A stretch of DNA of 62,895 nt, filler included, from Choristocarpus tenellus KU-1152 (taxonomy: Eukaryota > Protista > Phaeophyceae): NCBI GenBank assembly GCA_964200185.2. It is 11 parts of 11 records of this genome, joined end to end, with 100 filler letters (N's around TTAATTAATTAA, not from the genome) between each part and the next. Parts side by side here need not be neighbours in the genome. Positions count along the whole stretch, not along the records: positions 37,938 to 53,212 come from CAXNAD020001026.1; 10 more parts are not named here. One strand, 5' to 3'. Each line of letters opens with the position of its first letter. Within the stretch, counting starts at the first letter, position 1. The position numbers and the translations under genes are program-made. A model generated the notes under the pieces. The model was not told the DNA's origin. It saw only the letters and a list, made by a program, of their open reading frames with translations, and made no database searches. Positions 37,838 to 51,900 of this stretch are shown here, piece by piece.

Positions 37838-39904
37838 NNNNNNNNNNNNNNNNNNNNNNNNNNNNNNNNNNNNNNNNNNNNTTAATTAATTAANNNNNNN
37901 NNNNNNNNNNNNNNNNNNNNNNNNNNNNNNNNNNNNNGGTACCACGGTATAACGGTATATGGCATACGGTAATAATGGTATAATAACAGACAAACATGCT
38001 TTCCACGATAGGTAGCCTTACAGAATGAATGCTGATTTCATAGAAGATACAGAGTAAGATTCGTAATGCATCAGTCACATTACAGAAGAAAAGGTCAAAG
38101 TTCCTAAGAAGTTACAGAATAAAGGTTTATGATTGGAGTACGTATAGAGCAGTTGTATAGAAGACCAAAGAAATTGGGTTGCTGATGAAAATAATAAGAG
38201 GGCTTTTAGTGAAAACACTTCTACCCTTCTTACCTACTAGTCTTATCTTTATCTTGAACGAAACTTTGAGTCGAGCTTTGAGCTAAGCACTGAGTGGAAT
38301 ATCAAGAGAGAAGGCTACCTGACACCCTAACAAATTGTTACCAAGGGCAACGCCCCCATAGCGTCGTTTTAAGGTCGTTGGATTTGAGTTACACATCCTG
38401 TGGAGGTGAGTTCAGGGGCACGCTGTAACACTATCTGTCGTATGCGGGATTTGACTATTCCTTTCCTCCTATAACCGTCTATCCTCTCCCCTCTACTATA
38501 TTTGTTCTCAACTCGTCCAGAAAACTTCGTGCTTACTGAGACTTGTTACTAACAAGGTGTTCTCGTTAGAACTACCATGGTTAGTATGTATACTTTTATC
38601 CATTATTATGCTCTCCGACATGTTGGAGATTTGTGAAAGAAAAAATCAACCCCCTATATTTTGTAGGTATGAACGGTTCTATGTAGCAACTAAGCGCTCT
38701 TTCTTCTCGTGGTAATTTTTGCAGATTTTTTATGTCTGTTCCAGAAAGTGTTGACGAAGGGTTTTGGGACCCTTCAGAACTATCTATATGAATTGAAATA
38801 TAATTAATACTCGATACACTCAATACAAAACAACAAGAGCCGAAAAGCTCATGGTATAAAAAAATTGTTAGTTCTTCTAAGTATACCTTAGTTCCTCATA
38901 TCATAAGACATCGAACTCCCAAAATATTTAGTTACCAAAAATAACACATCCAACTTTTTCAGAGTTAATAGTGGATGTGTGATTGAAAGACAGAATTAAT
39001 TAGAATTTCAGATATATTTTGTATTATTATCCCTTTCAACATGTGAATATGTCAGAACTTACGAAGTAGGACAATAGAATCAATGTTGACTCTACAACAG
39101 AAATTTATAACCATTGATGGTTCAATGTTCAATTCGTAGAACAAAGAAAGGAGGAGGAGTTTTAAGATCCACCAATCAATCTGATGAAATGTCATGCGTC
39201 AATACAAAATTTAAAAATGGAAACTGCTAATTTGACGATAGGTGATCTGCATTAGGGTGGAGGGATTGCTTCGTCGCCACTTCACCGGATGAGATCTTTG
39301 TCACTAGAACTCTCAAAAGAACGGAGCAAATTTCATAATATTAATTTCAAATCGGCACTTCTTCCAATTATTTTGTGACTGTAGGGTCTTGATAGTCTTT
39401 GTTACTCCTAAAATATTCGTCAAGAACCATAAGAACGGAAATGCCGCCATTCCATCCATTAATAATACCACCACTACGACGTTTTCCACGATCTTCCTGG
39501 ACCAGTGGATATTATTGTTCATTTTTCTCTGTTACAGGGGGGATACCTGTGTATAACAAGAGCCAGCCAGCACTGCAAACACTTTTTTTTGACGTGGAGA
39601 AACTCTCAATTATATAGGTGAGTGAAAGCGTAACACAGGAGACAGGAGAGAACGGCGGAAACAGTGGAGGACAAAATCCCTAAACGTTGTTCAGCCGGTG
39701 ATTGAGTTGTAGGAGTATGACGTGGAACTGTTCCCGGTCGAAATTTTAAGGAGGACTGGAACATTGTCCTTGTTTGCCCTGCAGACTCTGTGCCGACCAG
39801 TCCACGAAGAGTGGCGGATCGTGCGGCAGGTCGATTGGGGGCCACATCGTGGGCAGGGCTACTAGTTGCTGTCTAGACTACTAGTTGCTCTCTAGGCTAG
39901 CGCA

Positions 39905-42900
39905 ATGAAAAATTCGTCGGAGTTGGACGGTGCCAGTCAGGAAGGCCGGCACGTGGGGAAGTACCATCTCGTTAAGACAATTGGAAGGGGATCCAGCTCG
40001 GAGGTGACAATGCCAATGAATAGTCTCTTGGAGAATTAATCCCCTGATAATTTAGATTGTCTGTGGTGCAAGATATCGATATACCTACCAACCATTTCTT
40101 GGGACTTGGGTATGTGGGTTTACTTTTTCATAGCTTCACCTGATGCTCCAAGTCCAATCAGGGTGTAATTGGCGAATTTCGATGGCGTTGACACACAACA
40201 AAGATTTTAAGTGCGTGGTTTAGCATTATTTATGCTCCTACATAGCTTCGCTTTGAGCATGAAGGCCACTCGATGAAGTTGAGAAGTGACCTCGGTGTTG
40301 GATGCATCTTTGGGAAGTATTATAGTGATCCATGTTCCCTTCTAGACTGTTACACCCTTTACTCTCTGAGGTAGTGAATGAATGCCGAAATGTGGACAAT
40401 AAGAGACCTTAGATTAAGAGGGAAGTCGTTTGAAGTTACCCCCAGTCCCACTCCGAATACTTCAGTCCTTCTGAGATCATGTCTTGTGTGCTTTTAAAAT
40501 CCAAGGTGTGGCTTGCTCTGGATACATCAACTGGGGAAAGTGTTGCGATTAAGATACTTGAGAAGCAGTGGATATATTCAAATGATGTGCGTGACATGGT
40601 TAACCAAGAGATAGAGGTGATGGAAGGTGAGAACCTTCTGTATCTGTTCGATCAAGGTTAACAACTTGCGTAGAGCGTTCCTCTTCAATATCTTGTTTAC
40701 ATTCTGGTACATGTCGGGCAGTGGACTGACCTCGTGTTTCCTGATCGATGGGTCTAGTCTCTCCCACAATACATCTTGATTTCATCGACTGGAATGAGGG
40801 TAAATCTGTTCACTGGATGCGCCATCCAATCTAGGGGGGCATTATTATCTTGTCTATTGTTGACAAGCGCAATGGTGCGCAAGCATCACCCATGCGTATC
40901 ATTTCGTGGTATAGTTACTCCTGCGTCGTGTATGTGGAGACGGCCTTTGAAATTAGCACAGAGAATGCCTTCCGAACAGATCCCACCGTGTCAGGGTGCT
41001 TTTTTGCTGACCTTCACAGCCACGGTGTCCGGGTATAGCCTCCATGGTCAGCCACCCGTCCCAGCATATTAAGAATATGCCTTCATGGTGATTGTCTTTA
41101 CTTGCTAGAGGTGTAGCCTGCGACTAAGCATAATATTTTTTCCCCTTCTGAAAGCAAATGGATTCAAAGCTCGGCCTCATAGTCATATTTTTAGTGTCAG
41201 GTACTTCAGCTCTCTTCTGAGACGCACCAAATATGAAGCATTCGTCGTGCTACAGACTCTTTTAACTCCTCCTTTGCTCCCCTCTCCATCCTTACTGTGT
41301 TGCAATAATCCTTGTTATTGGATTTTGAATTCTCTCCAAATGTTCCCACTTGTTCCCCCCCCCTGCTAGACCTGCAACATCCATCGGTGCTCCGACTCTT
41401 CAAAGTTCTGAACTCTTATTCACATGTATTCATGGTAATGGAATTCATGGAAGGGAAAGACCTACACACTGAGATTGCGCGATGTTTTATCAGTGATAAT
41501 CGTGCTAAGAATTTGTTTCAGCAGGTATGAACAAGCCCCAATGAGTGTGCGCGTACGAGTGTGTGTGTGTGTGTGTGTATGTGTGTCAAAGTTTTGAGAC
41601 AGCTGTTGTGCAATCGTTTTTGCCTAAGGCTTGATTGAATCTTTATGCTTGACATTACATGACAGTTACCTTCTACTGCATTATACTAGGAAACAAATAT
41701 GACGTTTTTTCTTATACTCGTCTTCCCCTCACCCTTCCCTACAATAAATACTCCTTTTTGTTTTTACATATATCGGCATCAACTGGACAAAGGTGTTGGA
41801 AGGGATTGCGTATATGCACTCCCAGGGTGTGGCGCACCGTGATATGAAACCTGAGAATCTCCTACTGAGCAAGGATGGTAAAAGAATCAAGGTATTGCAC
41901 TGTGCACATCCTCTTTTTTTTTTTAATGTCCTGTTGTGCTAGGTTTTGAATTTCTGAAATGCATGGTGCTACAGCAGGAACACAGGTAATTTTATTTTTT
42001 CGTGTCCAGGCCGCCTGGCTAGTTCAGAGAAGAATTATGTTCTATAACTTCTCATTGGCAAGCAATAATGCGAAAACAGTAAATATGTCACTCACATCCA
42101 TATTTCTTCCTACTATAGATTGAAATCCAGGACTTCCTATATCACCTTGCAATGATTTGTCTACTCTGTGCAAATGTTATTTGCGTGTGTACCCAACTGT
42201 GTGTGGTCATGCATATGCTATTGTGCAGTATAGATTTCAAATACCTTTGAAGGCATTTAATGTTTTCCATGTCATTGGGTCTTCCTAGTTTAGTTAACAT
42301 CTGTGAACACTTGAGCGTGGGAAGGTGGTAGAGTAAGCCCAACCCTCAAAGCAAACATGCCAACAGAGCCAGAATAGTTTTCTAATCATAAGAAGTAAGA
42401 CTCTTCAACTGGTGGCCTCCCTCAGGCAACCTGCAAGATTCAGAACCGCACAGTCTCGCCCCTCTTGTGCGCATGGATTCAACCCTAACCCTAAACCTTC
42501 TCCTTCGTCTCCCTATCGTCAACATGTATGTTCTACATTAACAAAGATTGCAGATTTTGGTCTTGCGGCTCGGTTTCGAGGCAAGGAGAAAGATGATGGT
42601 GCAATTTCTGACAGAAGACGAGGGGAGTCAATGGTTGGCTCTCCTCGTCAGAACACTGTGTGTGGGACCCCGTACTACACAGCACCGGAGGTTTTTGCAG
42701 ATGGATCTTCTGGGTGAGTTATCTATTTTTATTCTAGGAGTTTAAAGGAAATTGATCCTTCCAAGACTTCACTTTGTGATTTACGGAATTGAAAGACAAT
42801 CAAACAGAAGAAACTGTGGTGGTAGGGTACATAGTCTCAGCTCCATTTCTCTCATCACTTTACTAATGTTTTCTTTTGTAGCATGTTCGTTGGTGAACTA

Positions 42901-45900
42901 GTACAGCTAAGCCCTCTTTGATGTACAGTTGGTTGATCTAATTTTGAATTTCGAGGATACTTTTCGTTCTTAGTTCTGTCAGAAGTTTTAGTCCTTTGTT
43001 TGCAAACAAATACTTTGTGCAGTGCATAAGCTTACTTACTATTCACTACAAGGGGAATAATAATGCACTTGAGTGATTTTTCTGTCATCTCAACAAAGCT
43101 TCAACAGCAATACAAACTGTGTAGAAATTATGTGACATTAAGAGTCTAAGATTAGGAATGGGAATCAACGTATTTGATTTAAACACTGACATCGTACATT
43201 CTTAATGTTAGGGTCTTAGTTTATGGCTAGGCAATAGATCCTTGGATAGACAGTACCTGGTCTCTTTTCCGATTTTCACAAACTGTGCATGATAATTGTG
43301 CAACGTAGAGTTTACCCATATACCACAGTGCCGTTTTTGGAAGCTTACTACCTACTATGTCGTGAAAATTGCAGCCCCAATCAAGCACGAGGACGATTTG
43401 GGGTGTACTCAGGCATCAGTATACTCTACCCACAACTGAAATAGGCCATTGCGTTTATGTATCTATGAGTGAAAAGAAAAGCAGTACAGATATTATTCTG
43501 TGTATACTGTTTCCTTTGCCTTAGTGGGGAACTTCCGGGTGTGAATGTGTTACCTTTGATTGAGAATCCCTTCTCATTACTCTCCCAAATATACCACTTG
43601 CGAATAGTGCTCAGCAAATTGAGGGCAGTGGATTGCATTGGCCCGCTTAAAAATATATTTTAACAGCAAAAGCTTGATCACAGAGGGGTTGTGTGCTAGG
43701 CGCATACTTGGCATTGAACACTTTGTGTGTTGCACTATATATTGGTCACAAGTTTAGTCTGAGGTCCACCTGTAATGTTCCGAATTGGATGTGATGTGGC
43801 TTTAAATGTACTGAAGTGGACAAACCGACCAAGGTATATGGTTTGGCAACTTCATTGAAACTTTGGTTTGGTCATTCTCGCACTGTGGTGAACATTACTG
43901 GGTGCAATGTGGACTTGGAATGAAGATTAGAGATGTTATAGGTTCGTGGAAGCATACTGATGTATCAGCTTTAAGCCAGAAGATTCGCCAATCAGCTTGC
44001 CTAGGGAATGAATAGACCTTGCCCTGTCACATTGAAGCGCTGGATCGTCCATGTTGCCCTCAAAGTACTAGTGCAGTTGTTGAGTGTGCAGGAGCCACAC
44101 CTGTGTGTATTTGTTGCGACTATGGCCTTGATCAAGGAAGTTGGTATGTGTTTTGTTAAGCAGTCGAGAACATTGTGTGAGAGGTTTGGGCTCAGCTCAG
44201 CCTGGTCCCATCTGCACCATTCTTGGGATGTGGCGCACCAAATTTTATTGAAATTTGTCTTGATGTGAACTGGTGGTCTTCGGCAAAAGATGAGGTTTGC
44301 TTTATTCCTTTGTTTTCTTAATGTTAGTCTGGAACTTCCTCACTACCTCTACCCTACTTACCCCATTGATCCGTACTGAGATGGCAGTTCACACTGCACT
44401 ATTTATTATATTCAACTGTACGAAAAACCTGTTTTGGTACAGAGTCAAAGTGATGGAGAGGTAGTCAAGGTTGCATTTTATGGATCCCAAAAACTGCCAA
44501 AATGCTCAACTTTGCAAATTGCTGAAAGAGCCTTGCTTAATTGTGGTGTCAATTAGTGTGTGGAAAGGGAGAGTATAATTTTTGTGTATACTGTTGTGTA
44601 TGTAGTGGAATGAAGTAGGGTATTGGATAGTAGGGTAAGAAAGATCATGTACAATGCAGAAGGGCTCCAACTTGCCTACGTCTGTATCACTTTAGGTCTA
44701 CAGCTTATGCACTGTGCTGTGTGTGCCTTGTTTTTTCTCGCGTGCCGGGTCCAGCTGTCCTTCCACGCTTCACTCCATTCCTCCCACAAAACAGGCCAAA
44801 TCTAGTGCGTACTCCTTTTGTCCAGAATGAATCTTCGCCACTGCGATCCAGATCTTTTCGTGGGTCCCTTTTTGTAGTTTACCCAAGATAACAAGGTGCA
44901 GGTGTACCTTCCCATTGCATCATGTGGTCAATGGAAATCAAATTTCGTGTGAAGAATATCTGGCCTTTGCAAGTGGGGTACAAACACAAGAAGTCTGTGA
45001 AGCGTGCCAGTAGGGGGGTACTGCTAGGCTGGTCGAATTCAATTTTGAGTTTGTTCCATGCAGATACTAGCCAACTTTTGATTTGCTTTTATGATTGTTT
45101 GGAAATATTGATTGTGGTGGGGAGGGTGCGGGGCTCTCATGGAAATGGAAATAACGTGACCGTGTTTCGATGCTGAGGATGTCAGCTGAGCCTGTATGTC
45201 TCATCCAATTTTGCATCTACTTGAGAGATTGAGAAACATTTGCGGAAGTGAAGGAATATGTTAAGTTGAGATTACCCTGTTTGATCAATTCTCTATGTTT
45301 TGTCACAAAAAGAGATAATAAGCATTATATGTGTATATGGAAGTATGTGATATCGGTTCAGTTGGCGATATAGATTAAGAACTTTAATATATACCATTTT
45401 TTTGTACGTTTCGGGGAATGAATTGTGTACGGTGATTGGGTTGGATTCTATGTCAATTTCATTTTGATGAAAAGGGAACATTTACCTTCGTTTGAGAAAG
45501 GTCTTGAAAAGTGCTTCTATTTATTTCATTGATGTGGAGATGTGGTGTGATGTAAGATCTTTGTTAGTATTAGGATAATAGTGTGACGGACAGGTCCCTT
45601 TGGGACCTGATCTGTCCAGTCCAGATACACATCCGCGCGCACACACAAGTGCATTGCACGCACATTTCTTTGTCATTGGTGACTTACCCATCAGCATCGA
45701 ACACAGAAATATGAGGACTCTCACACCACTTACGGTTGAACATTCGCAAAGTTGGGATATCACCCGTCGTCGGATCAATTTTTAAGATAGTTTTGTGAAA
45801 TGTACTATTGCTCCTATGGTATCTATTGTAAGATTCAATATTCACTATTTTATGTAAAGCGAACCATTTTTATCCAAAAAATATTTTATAGAACAAGTGG

Positions 45901-48900
45901 TAATATCCCGATCATCTACGTAGTATAATGCTAATGTAAATTATTTTATTTCTAGGGGGTATTGTATGATTATGAGATAGTAGTAGTACTAATCATATTT
46001 GCAAGTGGTTTTTAGTACTTTCTGTTTCAACCAGTTCCAATTTCATTGGTAATAGTTAGGATAAAATATTTATCTTCAAGGATAGATTTTAGGTGCGTTT
46101 CTAAAATGAAAAATGAACGAATAAAACGTGTATTAGGGGTATGACCGGGAAATATTTGTCATAATACAGAATATTATACGATTAATAGGCGACATATCTG
46201 GAATGTATTGGACAGTTCACTGTAAATATATATCGTCTAAATCTCTTGTGTTGGTGGAATGGAAATGTTTCGAATTTGGGGGTGTTGAACAGTCCGAAAA
46301 AGAGAACATTTATTGGTAGAAATATTTGGAAGCTTCAACACGAAGTTGTACGACCAGACTAATATAAATAGAACAATTACGTCGTAACAGTCCTATAGTG
46401 TTGACAGTCGCCTCCTGCGTTGACATTGTCGTTCCATAACTTTTGATTAACAGCGAATTTTTTCATGAAGATTAGTTTGTTGTGATCGCATCAGCATGCT
46501 TAACCTTATTTGATGGGTCTCAGCTGGTCAACTTACAATAATCGTGAGAAACACAGGACCATACGTAAATCAAGTAGTCCACACGCATGGCGCTCGCGGA
46601 TGTACCATACAGCGTGTGTTAACCGAGCATTTAAGGATGAATTTGACGCCTGATAAGGTCATCTTCACCCGGAGAACATGGGCGTTGTTGTCTTTCCATT
46701 CTCTTTCCATTATTTTCCGTTTATGCGATGTTGTCCCCTGCGTCTGGCTGCGACCCTTGACCTCCCTCTCCCTTGCGTTTCCCCAAGAGATCCGACCACC
46801 CCTCGACAGAGAGAGAGCTGAAGAAATCCTGGTCACTATCCAGGTCGCGACTATGCCTGCCCTTCGTTGATTTGAGTGTCCAGCTGCAGCACTACACGAC
46901 CTCCCATTTCTCACCTTGCAGACGAATGGAAATCCTCAGCCAATATCCCTTGCCTGCTAACCCAGCGGCACCGGACAAACTCAAATCCATCAGGGAGTGA
47001 CCGCACCACAACGTCAACGTCGTCAGGCGACAACTTGGACTTCATTGGGCATCACAGTCCCTGTGAGGGGCAGGCCGCAACTCAGAGCTCATTGTGCGTC
47101 ACAGCGTCCTGTGAGTGGCTTAAACAGTATTAAGCCAAGGTTCGCCCACATCCCGTTTTGGCGGTTACCAATTTTGATTTTTTTGAAAGGGTTGGCAAAC
47201 GAGTTAATCGAGGATCAGCATATTAAATGAAAGCTCTGGATCTAAGCTACCACTGGTCCAAAGTAATTTCTTTGGGAAAATATGTTAGGTCATGATAGTT
47301 CATTCGCCAACGTTTCCAAGGTTGTGCAGAAACCATTCAGCTAAAATTTAATCTTAACAAAAAAAATTCCGAAAAAATTCCTTTGAACCAAGGATAGCTT
47401 ACACCCAGAGCTTTCATTTGATATGCTCATTGTTGTTTAACTCGTTGGCCAACCCTTTAAAAAAACACAAGACTGGTTTCATCCTAGAGGCGACTGCCAA
47501 CACTGTATTGTTCAATGACTAGCCCAACTCTGCAGGGGAGTGGGCATCCATTGCACTATGGAGGATGACAGCCTCTTTACTGTAAACAGGATTTTCCACA
47601 TCAGTGTCGTGTTCCATGGTGGGGCACTTTTGGACGCTGACTCAGCTCCCTACCAGGACAAAGCCTCCTTCTAAGTGTTCCTCTTTCAGAGGTTCAAGCA
47701 GCCTATCAATAACCACATTAATCCACCAGGGTAGGTGCAGCTATTGCTGTAGTATAGGCACAAGAGCGCACCAATTGCGAGGGATCTCTCGACACATATC
47801 TTTTGATCTCAACACCTGCACAGTGGAACGTTTTGGGTGCCTTGGTAAAAGAGCAAGCAGAGAATTTCCTGGATGAGTTGATCAACCATGCAGTAGGGGG
47901 GAGGAGGGCCAGAGGTTTAGATTGGATAGCGCTGTCAAGTCCCTTCTATAACCGGTAGTGTCCATCACTACACAGATGGCTCTCTCAATATGTGTCATGA
48001 GTTTGAGGCTAGGGACCCAGGGCAGGTGGGCAAGAACGGAAAGATTCTTGCAATGTGTTCCTAGTTCCTCGCCCACATTAGTAGGGCTAACCTAGGTTAG
48101 AAGCGTGGTACTTTGCACATTTGTTGTATTGTTTGTTTTCAAATAGTATTTTTAGAGGGATATCTTAGCATTGACGATAACTGTTGGATTTACAGTAATA
48201 TTTGTGCCATAGTTTGGTTTTTCTCAACACGCCTGTGGGCATGATAATATGTAAAATATCGAGAGTCAGCGAAATGGGGTAGCTGTGAAAGAAATCGATG
48301 GCAATATTTAAGGGGACATTGTTGTATATATGTTGTGCATTCTGTATTTTTGGAGATATGTTAGGGGAAAATCAAGAATATATCGCAAGGACTACTACTG
48401 TTAATTCAACAGTTGTCAATACTAAAGAGCCTCTTTCTAAAATCCTTACTTTCTGAATATTAGCAATACAACAGTGTCTCCTTCAAGGTTGTTACTACAA
48501 ACTAATGCACACTGCTATACTTTCTAACCTACCTTAGCTGGTACATTGTTAGTTTTCAAATAGTAATGAGTCAAGGTAAAGAGAGGTACCCAAGGTTGAA
48601 TTTAAAGGATGTTGACAAATAGGTGCAAAATTTGTCTTTTCTTTTTTACAAATTTGTATAGAAAGCTTCTTGATTCTGTCAAAAAGTTTCAAACAATAGA
48701 GAAATGAACACTCTCAAAGTCCAACTTGACACCTCATCCATAGAAATATGGGTCAATTTCAAAAGTATGAAAAACTGGCTTCAAATGCAAAAAGGTCAAA
48801 ACCTGGGTACCTTTCGCATTGTTTGACTCAATATTTGTAGATAGGCTTCTTAGCGTTGGCAACTGTTGTAATTAAATCACTCTTGAGATACAGCTTTGAT

Positions 48901-51900
48901 TCTGCCCAGCCGAACATTGTTCTAAAATGCATAGTTCACTTATCATGGTGGGTGGTAATCCTACTCTCAACCTGTAACAGAGCTATATTTTAAACTATAA
49001 TGTAATGTTTTTAGCGTACAGGGAGTGAGAAAGGTGAAAATGAAGTTTGGATAAGCTTTAAGAATGGAAGAGTCAGGCTAAGGTAGCATCGACACTCCCA
49101 CACATGAATCTTAACTGTTTGAGCGCCAAAACACACTGTCATCTGGCTTCACAAATATCTTTAGTTCCATTATGTACATGTATCATGTTGCTAGATACCC
49201 GTTGGAAGTTACTACATACCCCGAAGTTAACCCTCGTCTTACTCATCTATTTCATGCAAGGTATGATCCACGGTGTGTTGATGTGTGGTCATCAGGCATC
49301 GTCTTGTATGCCATGCTCGCAGGAAGGCTTCCATTTGATGGTGGCAATACTTCAAGAACCCTTCAGATGATCACTAGAGATGAGGTCATCTATCCGCCTC
49401 ATTTCTCTCCAAGGGTGAAGGTATGTCTTGAAACGATGTATGCAAGCTGTGGTGTACTGCGAGGAATATCAACCTTATTTAAATTTCTTGAGTGGTTCAG
49501 TGGTGATACATAGACACCGCTACTATTAATATAGTAATGTTCCATACTTAGAGTTAACTTCGGTACTAGTCACCGTTTTGCTATATATTTTCGTTAGCCC
49601 GCTACTATGATATGTTATGTCTAATTTCGAAAGGCAAGATATTTTCCGCTTTAGATACCGCCAAGTGGTCTGCATGAGAGTGAAAGTATCTTAGAGGGTA
49701 TGAGTTTTGCCCTGTTTGTCCATTTGGGGCTTGGCTTCCCATTAGTTCTTTTATGACATTTTCATACTCCAAATGATTTTTGAGCAGGTAAAATGTGCAC
49801 GTTATGAAAAGGTGTGTCTGAAACAAGGATGTTGACACATACAAACACGATAGACAAAATTACATCAAAATTACAACATTGGATTTTGGCCCCCAAATGG
49901 ACGCGGCCCTACCCTCTAAGATATTTTGGCTCATGACATACGTGAAAGAGAGCGTTCTGTTGTGTTATTCTTGTTAAGGAACTCAACACAGACCTTCATA
50001 CTATCGGGTGATTTCCCTGCAATTCTATTGTTCACTGATGTTGCTTGGTGGGAAATTCTGACGGGTGACAGATGCCGTTTTCGTCAAAAACAGCTTGTAG
50101 GTGGAAGCGAATATTAGCGAGAAAGGGATATCTCAATTCTTCCTCCTTGTTGTGTTCATTGTGATATCTGACAAGTGTCTTCTTCACAAACCTCCTGTGG
50201 CAGTATCAGTAAAATGTCAATTTAATTAGTTTTCCTAAATTGCAAGTGTGAGAGTAAAGCCTTTGTTTTCTGCAATGTCCTCATTGCAACTTCGTTTGGG
50301 TCTTGGTGAAATTGCTCTTCGAATATTTCAATGAGCACTCTGGCGTATTCTTGTTATTAAACTGGTGAAAACTGCAGATTTTATGGTTTTTAGATGTTTA
50401 GATGTTCCTGTGATGTCTTGCTTTCCACTTTGTTATATTGTCTAGCAGGAGGTGCCATAGCCTCTCAAATGGAAACTTTGCTGTAGACATAGCAATAACT
50501 TCGGGAATTTTGTGGAATTTTGGTAAGAGAAGTGAATCTATGACCTATTTGTCCCAACTCATTTCTATTTGCTTGTGTTCTATTCTTTTATGATTATGAA
50601 GAACATTTTCATATGCTGCTGAGCTTACGCTATTCTTGAAACAGGGTATTAGTGAGTCTTGAGTATAGTCAGCACAGTCCAGTTCTACATCTTGTGTTGT
50701 AGTGTTTGCAGAACTTGTTTGTGTACTATGTAGCACTCACATTTTTTTGCCTTGCTCACACAGGACCTCCTCAAAGGACTGTTGATGAAGTGTCCTGACA
50801 AGAGAATCAAGGTAAATGAAGCACTCCAGCACCCCTGGCTGATCCAGCATCTACCAAAAGTGATAACACCCTCAGAATCATTTGACTGGACCCGGAACAT
50901 TCCCAAAGTGAAAGTCCGAAAGGGTGATATGGTTGGTTCAAGGAAAGTTGCGCCCTTGCTTAGAGATAGACGAAAGTCTCTGCCAGTGAACTTCTCGCAA
51001 GATGATTCCAGAATTTCCCCCTTGCCACCCCGACCCGATTCCCACTTACCAGCACGGGATGGTGCAACTACTAGTAGTGGCAATACCTACAACTGCAACA
51101 GTAGCAAGTCACCCCTATCTCACTCACAGCCCACAAGGAGGAGTTTGAGCCCGATGTCACAGTTAAGTCCAATTTCACGATTGCGCCCCAGGGCACGAAC
51201 AGACAAAGTTGAGGGTGATAGCAGCAGCGCAATAAGTGCATCTGATTTGAAAAGTGAACGCTCAGCCTCTTCTATAAGGTGGTTGAGGGGCCAGAGGAGT
51301 GACAATTGCCGTAGAAGCTTTGGAGAGTCGGGCAAGACCAAAGGCAGTTGGTGGAATTGGTCACGTGCAACAGATCTGGGACAATCCACTTCCACGGATG
51401 ACACGTGGCTGAGTTCTCCAGGAGAAAGTGATGGTCGCAACTCTTCAAGTTTAGCGGTCCGAGCTGCTGCTGCCATTGTGCCTGTGAGTCACCCGGCTAC
51501 GGTTTCACGAGAGTCTATCCTTGTGGGACAAACAGATGATGAGAGACTTGCTAATCATGGAGGGGGTAGTGGTGGTAGTGGTGGTGTTGGTGGTGCTCAA
51601 CAAGATAGATCACCTGGGGTTTGGGAATCTAGTTCAGCAGCATGGGAGGCAAGGGCTGCCGCTATCACATCATTGTCGACCTCTTCAAAGACGTTGCAAT
51701 CACCTAAGAAAATCGTAACAAACAAGACCATCACTCCATTCCTTGTGAGGGGCAGTGATCAGGGCAAAGCTGCCGATAAAGAACGAGTTAATGGGGGTTT
51801 TGCACACAACAAACCTGTGTCTGTGGCCACAGGTCGAGGTGATGCAGGTGTCTCTAAGGCAGCAACAGTGGTGACAACATCGTCGATTGCACGAGTAGGA

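Noticed and set aside
38600-39520. AT-rich block as a possible viral or organellar insertion (also about 45780-46500)
   Set aside because: No intact ORF or recognisable motif.
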